A DNA stretch of 64,000 nt, from positions 1 to 64,000 of the IMG/VR virus record IMGVR_UViG_3300029319_000003. One strand, written 5' to 3'. The position numbers and the translations under genes were made by a program. Shown in pieces: positions 42,902 to 51,966 of the stretch. A model generated the notes under the pieces. That model saw nothing but the letters and a program-made list of their open reading frames with translations, was not told the origin of the DNA and did not search any database. Each line of letters starts with the position of its first letter. The stretch's first letter is position 1. This stretch comes from a virus.

Positions 42902-45319
42902 TTATCCGCAGGCTGCATATCCGCATGTGGTGCATGTCTTGCAACCCTCGCGGTAAACCAAGGTTTCTGCACCACAACTTGAGCACATTTTATCACTGGG
43001 AATCTCGCCATCGCCAATGTAGTTCTTGAGGATCCTCGCGATGCATCTTGCAAAACTAAACATATCACTATCCTTATCCTTTTGCAGTTGCTCCACCATA
43101 AACCGTGGTTTCGCGCCGTGGCGAAGCCCCAAAGAAATCATGCGAGTAAACCCTGCATTGTTCGGATTGTCAAACACCTTTACAACATCATTAATTGTAA
43201 TGGTGTCGCCATTATACCCAAACGACAAGTCGTAACGATTGTTCTTTGTCTTGAAGTTTCGCTTCGTCAGGCGACCTGTATCATATTTTTTCGGAATCTC
43301 AATCAAACTAGCCTCGCCGCCAAGAACCTCGTATGGTCTGCCATCGAGAAGCCCAATAAGTACAACCCACTTTTCGCCTTTTATAGTTGTGTGGTGAATG
43401 TCACAATCCAAAACTTCTGGTCGAGAAGGCGCTGCTCGCTGTGGGAACACTTCTTCAGATTGCTCAGTGTTGGTAACCAAAACCCCTGTACGACTGCCGT
43501 CCACATAGACGGTCACACCCTTAAGCCCGCGTTTCCACCCTTGGCGATAAATCTGTGCAACGACCTCTGGATCAGTGCCGGCTGGCAAGTTGATTGTTGA
43601 ACTAATCGCATGATCAATAGAACGCTGAATCATCGACTGGACCTCTACGCGCTTGATCCAATCAATGCTATCGCTCTCAACAAAAAAGTCAGGAAGTTCT
43701 GTGTCTTCTCCAAACATCTCTCGCCACTCTTGTGCATTGTGGTGAAATACCGTAAACTCTTTCCAGCGGTCACCGAGGGCATCTACAAAATCAGCCTCCC
43801 CCTCTGTAGTGTCCAACTTGCGACGGCGAATGTACTTGTTTCGGAAAACAGGCTCAATGCCAGAACTAGTCTGCGACATGATTGATACCGACCCAGTAGG
43901 AGCGTTCGTAAGAATAGAAATGTTCCTTCTTCCGTACTCTGCAATCAACTGAGTAATATCGGTAGGGAGGTTTTTAATAAACTCACTGTTCTGGTCCTTG
44001 TTCCAATCAAAAATTGGAAACGCTCCGCGCTCCCGAGCGAGGATAACACTCTCCCTATACGCTTCATTACGAAGCGTCTCGTAAATGGTCCCAACAACCT
44101 TTAGCGCATCGTCTGAATCGTATGATAAGTTCATGCAAGCAAGAGCATCAGCCAACCCATGCGTGCCCAGTCCGGTCCTTCGTCCCTGATGGCAGGCATT
44201 CAAAAGTTTGTTCCACATGACCTTTTCGTCGTCGGTGTCCGCGCTCTCGATGATGGTCGTCAACTTCTCTGTCTCTAGTTCGACCAAATCATCGGACAGT
44301 CGCATCGCAATCGACACTGTGCTGGCGAAGCCTTCATAATCGAACTCTGCATCTGGAGTGAATCTATTGTTCACAAAGTTTTTCAAATTAATGGAAATAA
44401 GCCGACAACTATCATATGCAGAAAGAGGGATCTCTCCACACGGATTGGTAGAGATTGTCTTAAACCCGTCACTGGCATATGCATCTGCGGGCAGGAACCT
44501 TTCCACGTTCCCCCACATAAGAAGTCCCGGCTCCGCTGTCGTTGTCGCAGACTCTACAATTGTTTGCCACAAAGAGGATGCCTCGATCTCCCTTGTCACT
44601 GTTGGGGTGTCAGAATTAACCGGGTATTGCAGTGTAAACGATTCATTGTTCTCCACAGCAAGCATAAACTCGTCGCTTATCTTGATTGATACGTTAGCGC
44701 CCGTGACCTTAGTCAAGTCGTGCTTCATCGTAACAAACTTTTCAATGTCAGGATGCTTAATGTCCATAGTGATCATAAGAGCACCACGCCGTCCGTTCTG
44801 ACCAATCATCCGGCAAATATAAGAATATAAATCTGCAAACGACCAAGCGCCCGTTGTAGTTCCAGCGGAGTTGTTTACTGGTGTCCCGTCTGGTCGAAGC
44901 CCAGATATGTCAAGACCAACACCGCAGCGGCGCTTAAATAAATTTGCAAGATCTCTTCCGGTGTTAACGATGGAAGAGATGTTGTCGGAAGGTGATTCAA
45001 CCACCACGCAGTTTGATAGCGATACATTGACGTAATCATTCCCAATACCCATCATGGGCGAGCCTTGGGGTACAATTTTATTAAAACCCTTTAGATGCTC
45101 GTAGATCTGCTCTTCAGTAAGAGCACGCGACCCTCCAAATTTCTCCTCCATGCGAGCGAACTCACTCGCCATGCGGCGGTGCATATCATCGGGCGTTTGT
45201 TCAACAAAATTACCCAACTTATCCTTGAGAGCATACTTTGTCATGAAGACATTTGCTGCTAACTCATCGCCACCAAAATATTCTAGAGTGGCTTTCTTGA
45301 CCTCATCATTATTATACAT
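42902..45319 (-). CDS. nrdJ: class II (adenosylcobalamin-dependent) ribonucleotide reductase
   Basis: SNC, TNPCGEI, APTGS.S, C-terminal Cys-rich tail (CSSC...EGCKTCTTCGYAACG); no NrdB gene in the window. Confidence 0.9.
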   Translation of the reverse strand: MYNNDEVKKATLEYFGGDELAANVFMTKYALKDKLGNFVEQTPDDMHRRMASEFARMEEKFGGSRALTEEQIYEHLKGFNKIVPQGSPMMGIGNDYVNVSLSNCVVVESPSDNISSIVNTGRDLANLFKRRCGVGLDISGLRPDGTPVNNSAGTTTGAWSFADLYSYICRMIGQNGRRGALMITMDIKHPDIEKFVTMKHDLTKVTGANVSIKISDEFMLAVENNESFTLQYPVNSDTPTVTREIEASSLWQTIVESATTTAEPGLLMWGNVERFLPADAYASDGFKTISTNPCGEIPLSAYDSCRLISINLKNFVNNRFTPDAEFDYEGFASTVSIAMRLSDDLVELETEKLTTIIESADTDDEKVMWNKLLNACHQGRRTGLGTHGLADALACMNLSYDSDDALKVVGTIYETLRNEAYRESVILARERGAFPIFDWNKDQNSEFIKNLPTDITQLIAEYGRRNISILTNAPTGSVSIMSQTSSGIEPVFRNKYIRRRKLDTTEGEADFVDALGDRWKEFTVFHHNAQEWREMFGEDTELPDFFVESDSIDWIKRVEVQSMIQRSIDHAISSTINLPAGTDPEVVAQIYRQGWKRGLKGVTVYVDGSRTGVLVTNTEQSEEVFPQRAAPSRPEVLDCDIHHTTIKGEKWVVLIGLLDGRPYEVLGGEASLIEIPKKYDTGRLTKRNFKTKNNRYDLSFGYNGDTITINDVVKVFDNPNNAGFTRMISLGLRHGAKPRFMVEQLQKDKDSDMFSFARCIARILKNYIGDGEIPSDKMCSSCGAETLVYREGCKTCTTCGYAACG

Positions 45320-46697
45320 TTTCCCCTCGGCTTTTTCTAAATTTCTTATATTTCTCTTTTAATGTCTCGGCTTGATCTTTCGCAGTTGTCGCAAAGACAG
45401 AAGTTATATCTGTAGTGTTTTGTGGAAGAACATTGATTTTAACAATGCTTGTGTCCATTTCAATTGGGAAGATCAAGCCGTCCGGTCCATTTCTGTTTTT
45501 CGCGATGAAGGCACGTCCAGTGTTGTTGTTCTTATCAATCACTGTTCGTGAAACAGTAAAAATAAAATCAGAAACAAAGCACTTATTAAATGCTTCCGAG
45601 ATTGCTTCCATCGTAATCACTTCTGCGTTCAGCCCAGAGCGATTCGTTTGGCTAGCAGTCCAGACCGGACATTCATGGATTTGTGCCAACCCCCTTAACT
45701 CTTCGTAAATAGATTCCAGTTCGGTTCTTTTCTCTTTTCTTGCCTTAATAGGTCGCAATAGATCACCATAATCAACAATGACCATATCGACCTTAATATC
45801 TTGCGCCTTCAGTTTGTCGAGATGCACCTTGATGGTCTGAGTGGAGGCTGTTTTCGTTGGGTACTCTTTAACGATCAGCCGACCGGGAATCTTCTTGACC
45901 ATCTCATATACATCATCTTTGCGAGTCAGTACTTGTCCAAGAGGAATGCTGGTAAGCCGGCTATCATAGCGAGTTGCAACAACAGTATCTGCCAACTCCA
46001 GTGTATAGTGAACAACTGTCTTGCCGCGAGCAACTGCCTCCGCTCCAAGATGAACAAGAACCATTGATTTGCCGGCTCCCGTGGGGGCAATAACACAACC
46101 CAGTTCGCCACTGCCGAGCCCGCCGCCGGAAAGTTTATCAAACTCAGCCCAGCCTGTGCTAATCGGATTTCTTGCCTTGATTTCGAATCGGCGCTCAAAA
46201 TCTTTCAAGTAATCATAGCCAAAATTATTATTTTGCCCCAACTTGAGGGCATCATTGATAATTGTGGAAATTTCTTCATAAGAAGATTTCTGGATCAGCG
46301 GCACAGTCTTGAGCATAGCCTCCTTCAACTTCTGCTTCTTACAAAAATCCAATGCTGTTGATTTAATATAATCAGAGTCGCCAACTCCATCTGTGGTGGA
46401 CAAGATGCGAGCAAAGTATTCTCGGACTTGCTTCCTGCTCATTGGCGACTCGTCATCCAAGTCGGTTCGCAGTATAGTTGTCAGCGTGTCTCTTGATGGG
46501 TGTGAGCCATACTTCTCACGATAATCTAAAAGTTTAGTTACGAAGATTCGGAGATACTTCAACTCCAAAAACTCTATATCCAAAACCTCAGAAATCTGAT
46601 CAGTAAAAGCCCGGTCATCAAGGATCACTTGACAAAGATTTTCTTGAAATCTTGTCCCATACTTGGAAAAAGAAATACTCTCTTCTGGTGTTGTCAT
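45312..46697 (-). CDS. dnaB: DnaB/gp41-like replicative helicase
   Basis: APTGAGKS, YTLEL, IVDYGDL, WTASQTNR, IAKNRNG; start MTTPEE at 46697. Confidence 0.9.
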   Translation of the reverse strand: MTTPEESISFSKYGTRFQENLCQVILDDRAFTDQISEVLDIEFLELKYLRIFVTKLLDYREKYGSHPSRDTLTTILRTDLDDESPMSRKQVREYFARILSTTDGVGDSDYIKSTALDFCKKQKLKEAMLKTVPLIQKSSYEEISTIINDALKLGQNNNFGYDYLKDFERRFEIKARNPISTGWAEFDKLSGGGLGSGELGCVIAPTGAGKSMVLVHLGAEAVARGKTVVHYTLELADTVVATRYDSRLTSIPLGQVLTRKDDVYEMVKKIPGRLIVKEYPTKTASTQTIKVHLDKLKAQDIKVDMVIVDYGDLLRPIKARKEKRTELESIYEELRGLAQIHECPVWTASQTNRSGLNAEVITMEAISEAFNKCFVSDFIFTVSRTVIDKNNNTGRAFIAKNRNGPDGLIFPIEMDTSIVKINVLPQNTTDITSVFATTAKDQAETLKEKYKKFRKSRGENV

Positions 46698-46704
46698 GTT
46701 GCCC

Positions 46705-47670
46705 CTAATTGTCAAATGCGATTTTATTTAAATGCTGAAAGAGATCACTCCAGTTCCACTCTCCGAAGCCGTCTTCGATCATCATGGCACGGACGCCGGT
46801 CTTATTGAAAGACCACTCGATGTTGTCCAGCGCAAATTGAAGTTTGCGACGACCCTGCACAGAAATGCTTGGAGAATACAACTGCATCATCTTGTAGTTT
46901 AACTCAATTGTGTCTCGACTTTCAATGATATTTGTAAATACTTTTAATTTAGACTCTGCAAGGATCTCTGAGTGGCAATGATCCATCAGAGCGTCAATTG
47001 TGCAAACCTCTTCGGTCTTCATAAACGGAAACCTTTTAGCCACTGTCGCCAAGCCTACACCGGGCACACCCGGCAGGTTGTCAGACTTATCACCAGCCAC
47101 GGCGCGTGCTAATGCAAAGTTGCCGGGATGGATATTGAACTTTTCAATAATAGAGTTCTTGTTCAAGACCTCTTTCTGAATAGGTCGAAACACCACAGTC
47201 TCATCGTCACACAACTGGAAAAAATCTTTATCACTGGATACAATTACTTTTTGCCAGCCAGAGTATTTCTCAGAGCCGACGACATAGGAAATTATATCAT
47301 CTGCCTCGACGCTCTCCAGCATCAGTTGCATAATCGGCATTTCGTTCAGCAACTCAACGAGCCTTGTCTGTTGCCAGATTTTATTTTCGACCTCTTCATT
47401 TTCCGTCATGTTGCGGATTTCACGATTCAGGCGAATCGGCTTGCGACCTTCTTTATAGCCCTTTGCAAGAGTCTTTCGCTTTTGTGAACCTCCGGCTCCA
47501 TCCCAGCAAATAACAATCTGATCGGGCTTTGTTTCACGCACCAACTTCTGAAGGATCTTTAAGAAGCCCTTGACCCCGCCGATTGGCTGACCGTTTGTTG
47601 AAAGGCTGGGGTCTACGATATAGGCGCGGAAATACATGTTCAGCGCATCAATAACTAACAATCGTTTCAT
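46705..47670 (-). CDS. stand-alone 5'-3' exonuclease (Pol I N-terminal/T4 RNase H-like)
   Basis: LVID, EADDII, SSDKDF.Q, GDKSDNLPGVPGVG..T. Confidence 0.92.
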   Translation of the reverse strand: MKRLLVIDALNMYFRAYIVDPSLSTNGQPIGGVKGFLKILQKLVRETKPDQIVICWDGAGGSQKRKTLAKGYKEGRKPIRLNREIRNMTENEEVENKIWQQTRLVELLNEMPIMQLMLESVEADDIISYVVGSEKYSGWQKVIVSSDKDFFQLCDDETVVFRPIQKEVLNKNSIIEKFNIHPGNFALARAVAGDKSDNLPGVPGVGLATVAKRFPFMKTEEVCTIDALMDHCHSEILAESKLKVFTNIIESRDTIELNYKMMQLYSPSISVQGRRKLQFALDNIEWSFNKTGVRAMMIEDGFGEWNWSDLFQHLNKIAFDN

Positions 47671-48587
47671 GCTGCCATCCTCTTGCGGTACTCCAGCAGT
47701 GCAATTTCTTTGTGTTTGGCTTCGATCATAACGTCAAGATCGTGACCGTAGTCATCGAACGGATGAATAATACGGTCAGAGTGTGCTTGCGGCTTGATCT
47801 TAGGGTTGTTGTGCTCCACTGACCGTGACTCTGCATAGTGTACGACTGGCTTGATATTACCCCACGTCGATAGGGCGAGTTCAAGTGCCTCTTGCTCTGT
47901 TTGACCACCGGGGTGGAGCATGTGGTGGTGGTAGTCAAATACGATAGGAATACCAATGCGCTTGTATACGCCCTCATACAACTCTAGGGTTGAATACAGT
48001 GATTCCTTGTCGTCGTTCTCGACAGTTAGACGAGAGCGAACGGACTCTGGTAGGCGCTCAAAGTTGCGACAGAAGTTGTCAAGCGCAAACGGCTTGTCAC
48101 CGTAGGCTGCGCCGACATGAATATTTAGTTTTGCGTATGGTGTGCGTGGCAATCCGATCATGTCGAACAAGTCAGCATGGACCTTGAGATCTGATAGCGT
48201 GAGTTGAAAGACGCGCTCTTTGGGAGATGCAAGTTTGTTGAATGGACCCGGATGGGATGTTAGGCGCATATTGTGTTCGCGGGCAAAGTTGCCTGCCTTC
48301 TTACACGCTGCAAGAATCAAATCGTAATCTGGCAAGTCTTGCATATCATACTCGCTCGCCCACGGGATAATGTCTGACGACAAGCGATAGAAATAAATGT
48401 CATTGGCAAGATTCCACTCTAGAATCTTGTACAAATCACGCACATTCTGCAACGCAAGTTGTGACGCATATGAAATGCCGCGCTCCTGAAATGTGCGCTT
48501 GATCATGGTGCGGTTTGTTGTGATCCGCTGCGACTTGGGTCTGGTTGAAAAACCCATGTTGATGCAAGCGTAGCCGTAATTTTTCAT
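47667..48587 (-). CDS. uvsE: UV-damage endonuclease UvsE
   Basis: Start MKNYGYACIN at 48587; YRLSS, HPG.F..L, NIHVG, ENDDK, FDYHHH, PQAHSD. Confidence 0.95.
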   Translation of the reverse strand: MKNYGYACINMGFSTRPKSQRITTNRTMIKRTFQERGISYASQLALQNVRDLYKILEWNLANDIYFYRLSSDIIPWASEYDMQDLPDYDLILAACKKAGNFAREHNMRLTSHPGPFNKLASPKERVFQLTLSDLKVHADLFDMIGLPRTPYAKLNIHVGAAYGDKPFALDNFCRNFERLPESVRSRLTVENDDKESLYSTLELYEGVYKRIGIPIVFDYHHHMLHPGGQTEQEALELALSTWGNIKPVVHYAESRSVEHNNPKIKPQAHSDRIIHPFDDYGHDLDVMIEAKHKEIALLEYRKRMAA

Positions 48588-48979
48588 AGTTTTAATGCTC
48601 CTGCGGTTTGTTCGTCTATAGAATATATAACACGTTTGACGCCAACATGCAATAGTGCTTGGTAGCACATTTTACAAGGTTTTGACATTCGGAACTCGCC
48701 CCCCTTGCCAATTCTAACAACATATACAGTTGAACCCGTGGTCACGCTGCGGTCCATGCCAAGGATACAACCCAGTTCTGCATGATGCGTGGCGTGACCG
48801 CAGTTGCGCTGCCGGAAACGATTTCCAAAAGAAACTTGCCGATTTTTGTTAGCGGCTACACTGCGAATCTTATTACCCTTCACTAACACCGCGCCGTGTC
48901 GGTAATCTGGTGAGCACGATGATTCTGCCACTTTGCGGGCAACCTCAAAATGACGTTTTATCTTACCAGAAATCTTCAT
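48584..48979 (-). CDS. cytidine/dCMP deaminase-family protein
   Basis: HGAVLV, HAE, KPCKMC. Confidence 0.85.
   Translation of the reverse strand: MKISGKIKRHFEVARKVAESSCSPDYRHGAVLVKGNKIRSVAANKNRQVSFGNRFRQRNCGHATHHAELGCILGMDRSVTTGSTVYVVRIGKGGEFRMSKPCKMCYQALLHVGVKRVIYSIDEQTAGALKL
48624..48652 (-). promoter_or_regulatory. internal sigma70-like promoter for uvsE
   Basis: TTGCAT-17-TATATA. Confidence 0.5.
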
Positions 48980-49006
48980 AAGGAAGCCCCTATTGCGTTA
49001 TATTAT

Positions 49007-49035
49007 AATATATCACAATAGGGGCAGGCTGTCAA
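49007..49035 (-). promoter_or_regulatory. sigma70-like promoter overlapped by a 40-bp palindrome
   Basis: TTGACA-17-TATATT. Confidence 0.8.
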
Positions 49036-49054
49036 GGTGCGAATGCCAAAAAGA

Positions 49055-50188
49055 TCACTCACCTCCTTCTTCGGCAGTGTCGTCTACATCATAAAAATCA
49101 GCAGCATTACCTTCCCTCTTCTCAAAGCGAAGAATAACCTCTTCATCCATGATCTCAAGCACTCTGGCTTTAAATGATTCATCTTGTAGTTTATCGAGCC
49201 ATTGCTTGGTTTGGAACTTATCGGTCTTTCCATCTGCGTGATGCAGGGTAAACCACGCCCCACTGTTTGTCAGAGATTCTGACCCCTTGATAGCCTCAAG
49301 CCAACTCTCTTCATCTTTGATTCCGACTTCGCCGCCCCAAAGAATCTTAAAAGCACACTGACGCCCCTGTGTCCCGAAACGGGACTTTTCTAATTTAACT
49401 TTTACCTCAGAGCCGATTCGGAAACCACGGTCATCCATGATAAATGACGCCTTTGCCTTGCGACCAGTAAGCCAAACGCGAAGACTATAAGTATAGTGCA
49501 TCGCTTTGCCACCCGGTGTAAAGTAAGGGGTGGTCATAGCCTCGGCTACATTACTGGTAATGTTTGTCTTCAACTGATTCAGAACAACCAGCGTGGCTTC
49601 GGCGTTTGCAATTGGCTGGACCAACTTTGCCATGCCTTTTGACAAGATACGCGGCTTGACAGCCATCGAACTTAGAGGATTGAAATCACCCTCAATATCC
49701 GTGGTGCTCGGTGTTAGCGCAAGACTATCCCATACAAACAAAAGTCGATTCTCCGAACTTTCTAGAAGTTCCTCAATCGTCTCCAAGACAAATTCAACTG
49801 ACTCTGCCTGAACGTACAAAATGCGCTCAAGGTCACACCCAGCGGCTTCTAAGAACGCAGGATCGATTGCAGACTCCGCGTCAAAATAAACAACATCAAT
49901 GCCCATCTTTTGGGCGTTTGCAGCGATTTGTGCTGCCATATAACTTTTACCGGTAGACTCAAGACCCGCGATCTCGGTCACCTTCCCAACTGGGACGCCT
50001 GCCAAACGACCTCGGCAGATAATACTGTCGAGCCAGCGACTTCCAGTGGGAATAAATTCTTTTACCTCGGTAGGATTATCATCGGTTAGGTCATATGCAA
50101 CAGCAACCCCAGCCTTCTTGTTAATAATCTTCCGCATATCCGCAATGCTAAGTTTTCCAGCCTTTGCGGTTCGTTTTCGTGCCATCAT
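49055..50188 (-). CDS. recA: RecA/UvsX recombinase
   Basis: IPTGS, GLESTGKS, DAESA, VWDS, TPGGKA..Y. Confidence 0.95.
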   Translation of the reverse strand: MMARKRTAKAGKLSIADMRKIINKKAGVAVAYDLTDDNPTEVKEFIPTGSRWLDSIICRGRLAGVPVGKVTEIAGLESTGKSYMAAQIAANAQKMGIDVVYFDAESAIDPAFLEAAGCDLERILYVQAESVEFVLETIEELLESSENRLLFVWDSLALTPSTTDIEGDFNPLSSMAVKPRILSKGMAKLVQPIANAEATLVVLNQLKTNITSNVAEAMTTPYFTPGGKAMHYTYSLRVWLTGRKAKASFIMDDRGFRIGSEVKVKLEKSRFGTQGRQCAFKILWGGEVGIKDEESWLEAIKGSESLTNSGAWFTLHHADGKTDKFQTKQWLDKLQDESFKARVLEIMDEEVILRFEKREGNAADFYDVDDTAEEGGE

Positions 50189-50211
50189 GTTAACCCCGTT
50201 ATAAAAAATAA

Positions 50212-50245
50212 AAATGTGGCAGACTATTCACAACCCGGTCTGCCA
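50212..50245 (-). terminator. hairpin terminator after the SSB gene
   Basis: TGGCAGAC...GTCTGCCA followed by CATTTTT. Confidence 0.6.
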
Positions 50246-50270
50246 TCGGTTTCCTTTCAAGGGGTTTCAA

Positions 50271-51032
50271 CTACCGCAGAAGGTCGTTAAAAGCCTGCTC
50301 AACGGACGTTGCGTTGTTGCCAGCGCTGTTGTTGTAGCGCGTGGTTTCGCTGGACTGCTCTTCAGCAGATGAGTCATCCGAAAGATACTCATCGAGCAAA
50401 GTCTGAACATCAGCCGCAGTCTTGCGCTCAAAGAGATTGTCGGTATCTGGAATAGTCTCCAGAAGTTCCGCGCACTCTTCAGGCGTAATGTCAGGACAAA
50501 TCGCTGAAGTGCGACGATGTGGCGTCAGCCGAGTCACTGGAAACGACGCACCAGCAGGCTTGCCATACTGAAGAGTCAGGTCAGTGCCGGACTCGGCATC
50601 AGTAATATCGCCGTACTCTGGGTTGAGCACAAGATTAAGCAACTGCTCGTACACAGTCTTTCCATAGCCCCAGATGCGGATGCCCTTGTCCTCTTCACCG
50701 CGCACGATAACGGGTGAGAAGAATCGCTGACGTGCCATAAGGTTCTTTGCCAACTTGGTACTCTCCTCAGTTCCCTCGTTGAAGAGTTGCCGCACAAAAG
50801 AGTCGAGCGGATCATCTTCGCCAAAGTTCTTCTTGGGACTCAGGAAGCCGGCGTTCTTGCCAAGGTTGTAGTGAAACCAAAACTCCTTAAAGGGATCGCC
50901 GTCGGCGGTCGGAACAATCCGAATCACCTGTTCGCCATCCGTTGGACGCCAAAATTGAGAACGGTTACCGCCGCCTCCTCGGTTTTGCAATGCGTTCAAC
51001 TTGTTACGCATCTTCTTTAGATCAATTGCCAT
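50271..51032 (-). CDS. T4 gp32-like single-stranded DNA-binding protein
   Basis: FW.P..GE..IRI.P, PFK..WFH, G.RIWGYGK, DI.D...G.D; acidic tail. Confidence 0.85.
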   Translation of the reverse strand: MAIDLKKMRNKLNALQNRGGGGNRSQFWRPTDGEQVIRIVPTADGDPFKEFWFHYNLGKNAGFLSPKKNFGEDDPLDSFVRQLFNEGTEESTKLAKNLMARQRFFSPVIVRGEEDKGIRIWGYGKTVYEQLLNLVLNPEYGDITDAESGTDLTLQYGKPAGASFPVTRLTPHRRTSAICPDITPEECAELLETIPDTDNLFERKTAADVQTLLDEYLSDDSSAEEQSSETTRYNNSAGNNATSVEQAFNDLLR

Positions 51033-51093
51033 GATTCATTCTCCTTGTTAAAGTCAACTTAGCGAATCTTCCAAGTTGCTATGTTGTTTAGTT

Positions 51094-51122
51094 AATATAA
51101 CACACCCGCTAAGGAGTGTCAA
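51094..51122 (-). promoter_or_regulatory. sigma70-like promoter
   Basis: TTGACA-17-TATATT. Confidence 0.8.
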
Positions 51123-51966
51123 GCACTTTTTCATAGTTTTTTTGAACTATTTTACTGTGTGCCAAGCAGTAAACGTAATTTTCTTCATAAGATGTAGAGT
51201 GGACCATATAAGAAACAGCGCAGTCTTCGCTTCGTCTGTCTTTAATCTGGCTGCGAATATCTCTAAACAGACTGCCATCCTTTTCTATGGAATCTTTATT
51301 GATAGCATAATAATAACACTTGTCTGCGATTGTGTCAAGAGGAAAAAATAACTTTTCTTCATTTTTTTCAAAATCGACCACGCCGAGCGTTGATATGCGT
51401 GCTGGATTACTCGGCTGTGCGGAAAAATCAATCTCCGGCTTTGTCTTGTTAAAGACGTTGATCATATGAAAAGTCGAGACGACCGTCTGATTGATAGCCT
51501 CATAATAAGAAGACAACGGCACCTCCCCGATAACGTCCTCGACCACCAAATTAGATACCATATACATTCTTTCAAAAACACCAGAACGGGCATACTGCTG
51601 TAAAACACCCGATACCACACGCTCTCTTAGCACGGCTCGCTCGTTCAGCAAATCAACGTCAGGCTGAATGTACAGAATGCTGATATTGTGATCTTTTATA
51701 TTTTTTAGAATTTGCAGTGTTGCACCGGATACTTTGCCGGAACCAGCGAGCACAAATAGTACCTGCCCGCTGGCTTGCTTTAAAAACTTGCCGAGCCCAC
51801 GGAAATTGCCTCTGTCGTATGACTCATGATCTGACCGCTTCGGAAGAGAATAGCAGTTTTCGCCTTTTAACCCTGCGTCAAGTTTTAAAATCTTGTATTG
51901 TGGGTATGCTGCAAAGCGATCTGCAATAGCACACCCAGCAGAGCCGAGTCCAATTATCGTGTCCAC
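51109..51966 (-). CDS. divergent tubulin/FtsZ-family protein
   Basis: IIGLGSAGCAIA (T1-like loop), AGSGKVSG in place of GGGTG(S/T)G, MVSN. Confidence 0.65.
   Translation of the reverse strand: MDTIIGLGSAGCAIADRFAAYPQYKILKLDAGLKGENCYSLPKRSDHESYDRGNFRGLGKFLKQASGQVLFVLAGSGKVSGATLQILKNIKDHNISILYIQPDVDLLNERAVLRERVVSGVLQQYARSGVFERMYMVSNLVVEDVIGEVPLSSYYEAINQTVVSTFHMINVFNKTKPEIDFSAQPSNPARISTLGVVDFEKNEEKLFFPLDTIADKCYYYAINKDSIEKDGSLFRDIRSQIKDRRSEDCAVSYMVHSTSYEENYVYCLAHSKIVQKNYEKVLDTP

Noticed and set aside
35821-50188. Inteins or introns in dnaE, nrdJ, dnaB and recA
   Set aside because: Lengths are normal and motif order is continuous, with no C/S...HN-C/S/T splice signature noticed.
51109-51966. Calling this a nucleus-forming (PhiKZ-like) phage because of the tubulin gene
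   Set aside because: No shell protein or multisubunit RNAP gene is recognisable here, and the gp32/UvsX-type genes and sigma70 promoters argue for a different lineage.
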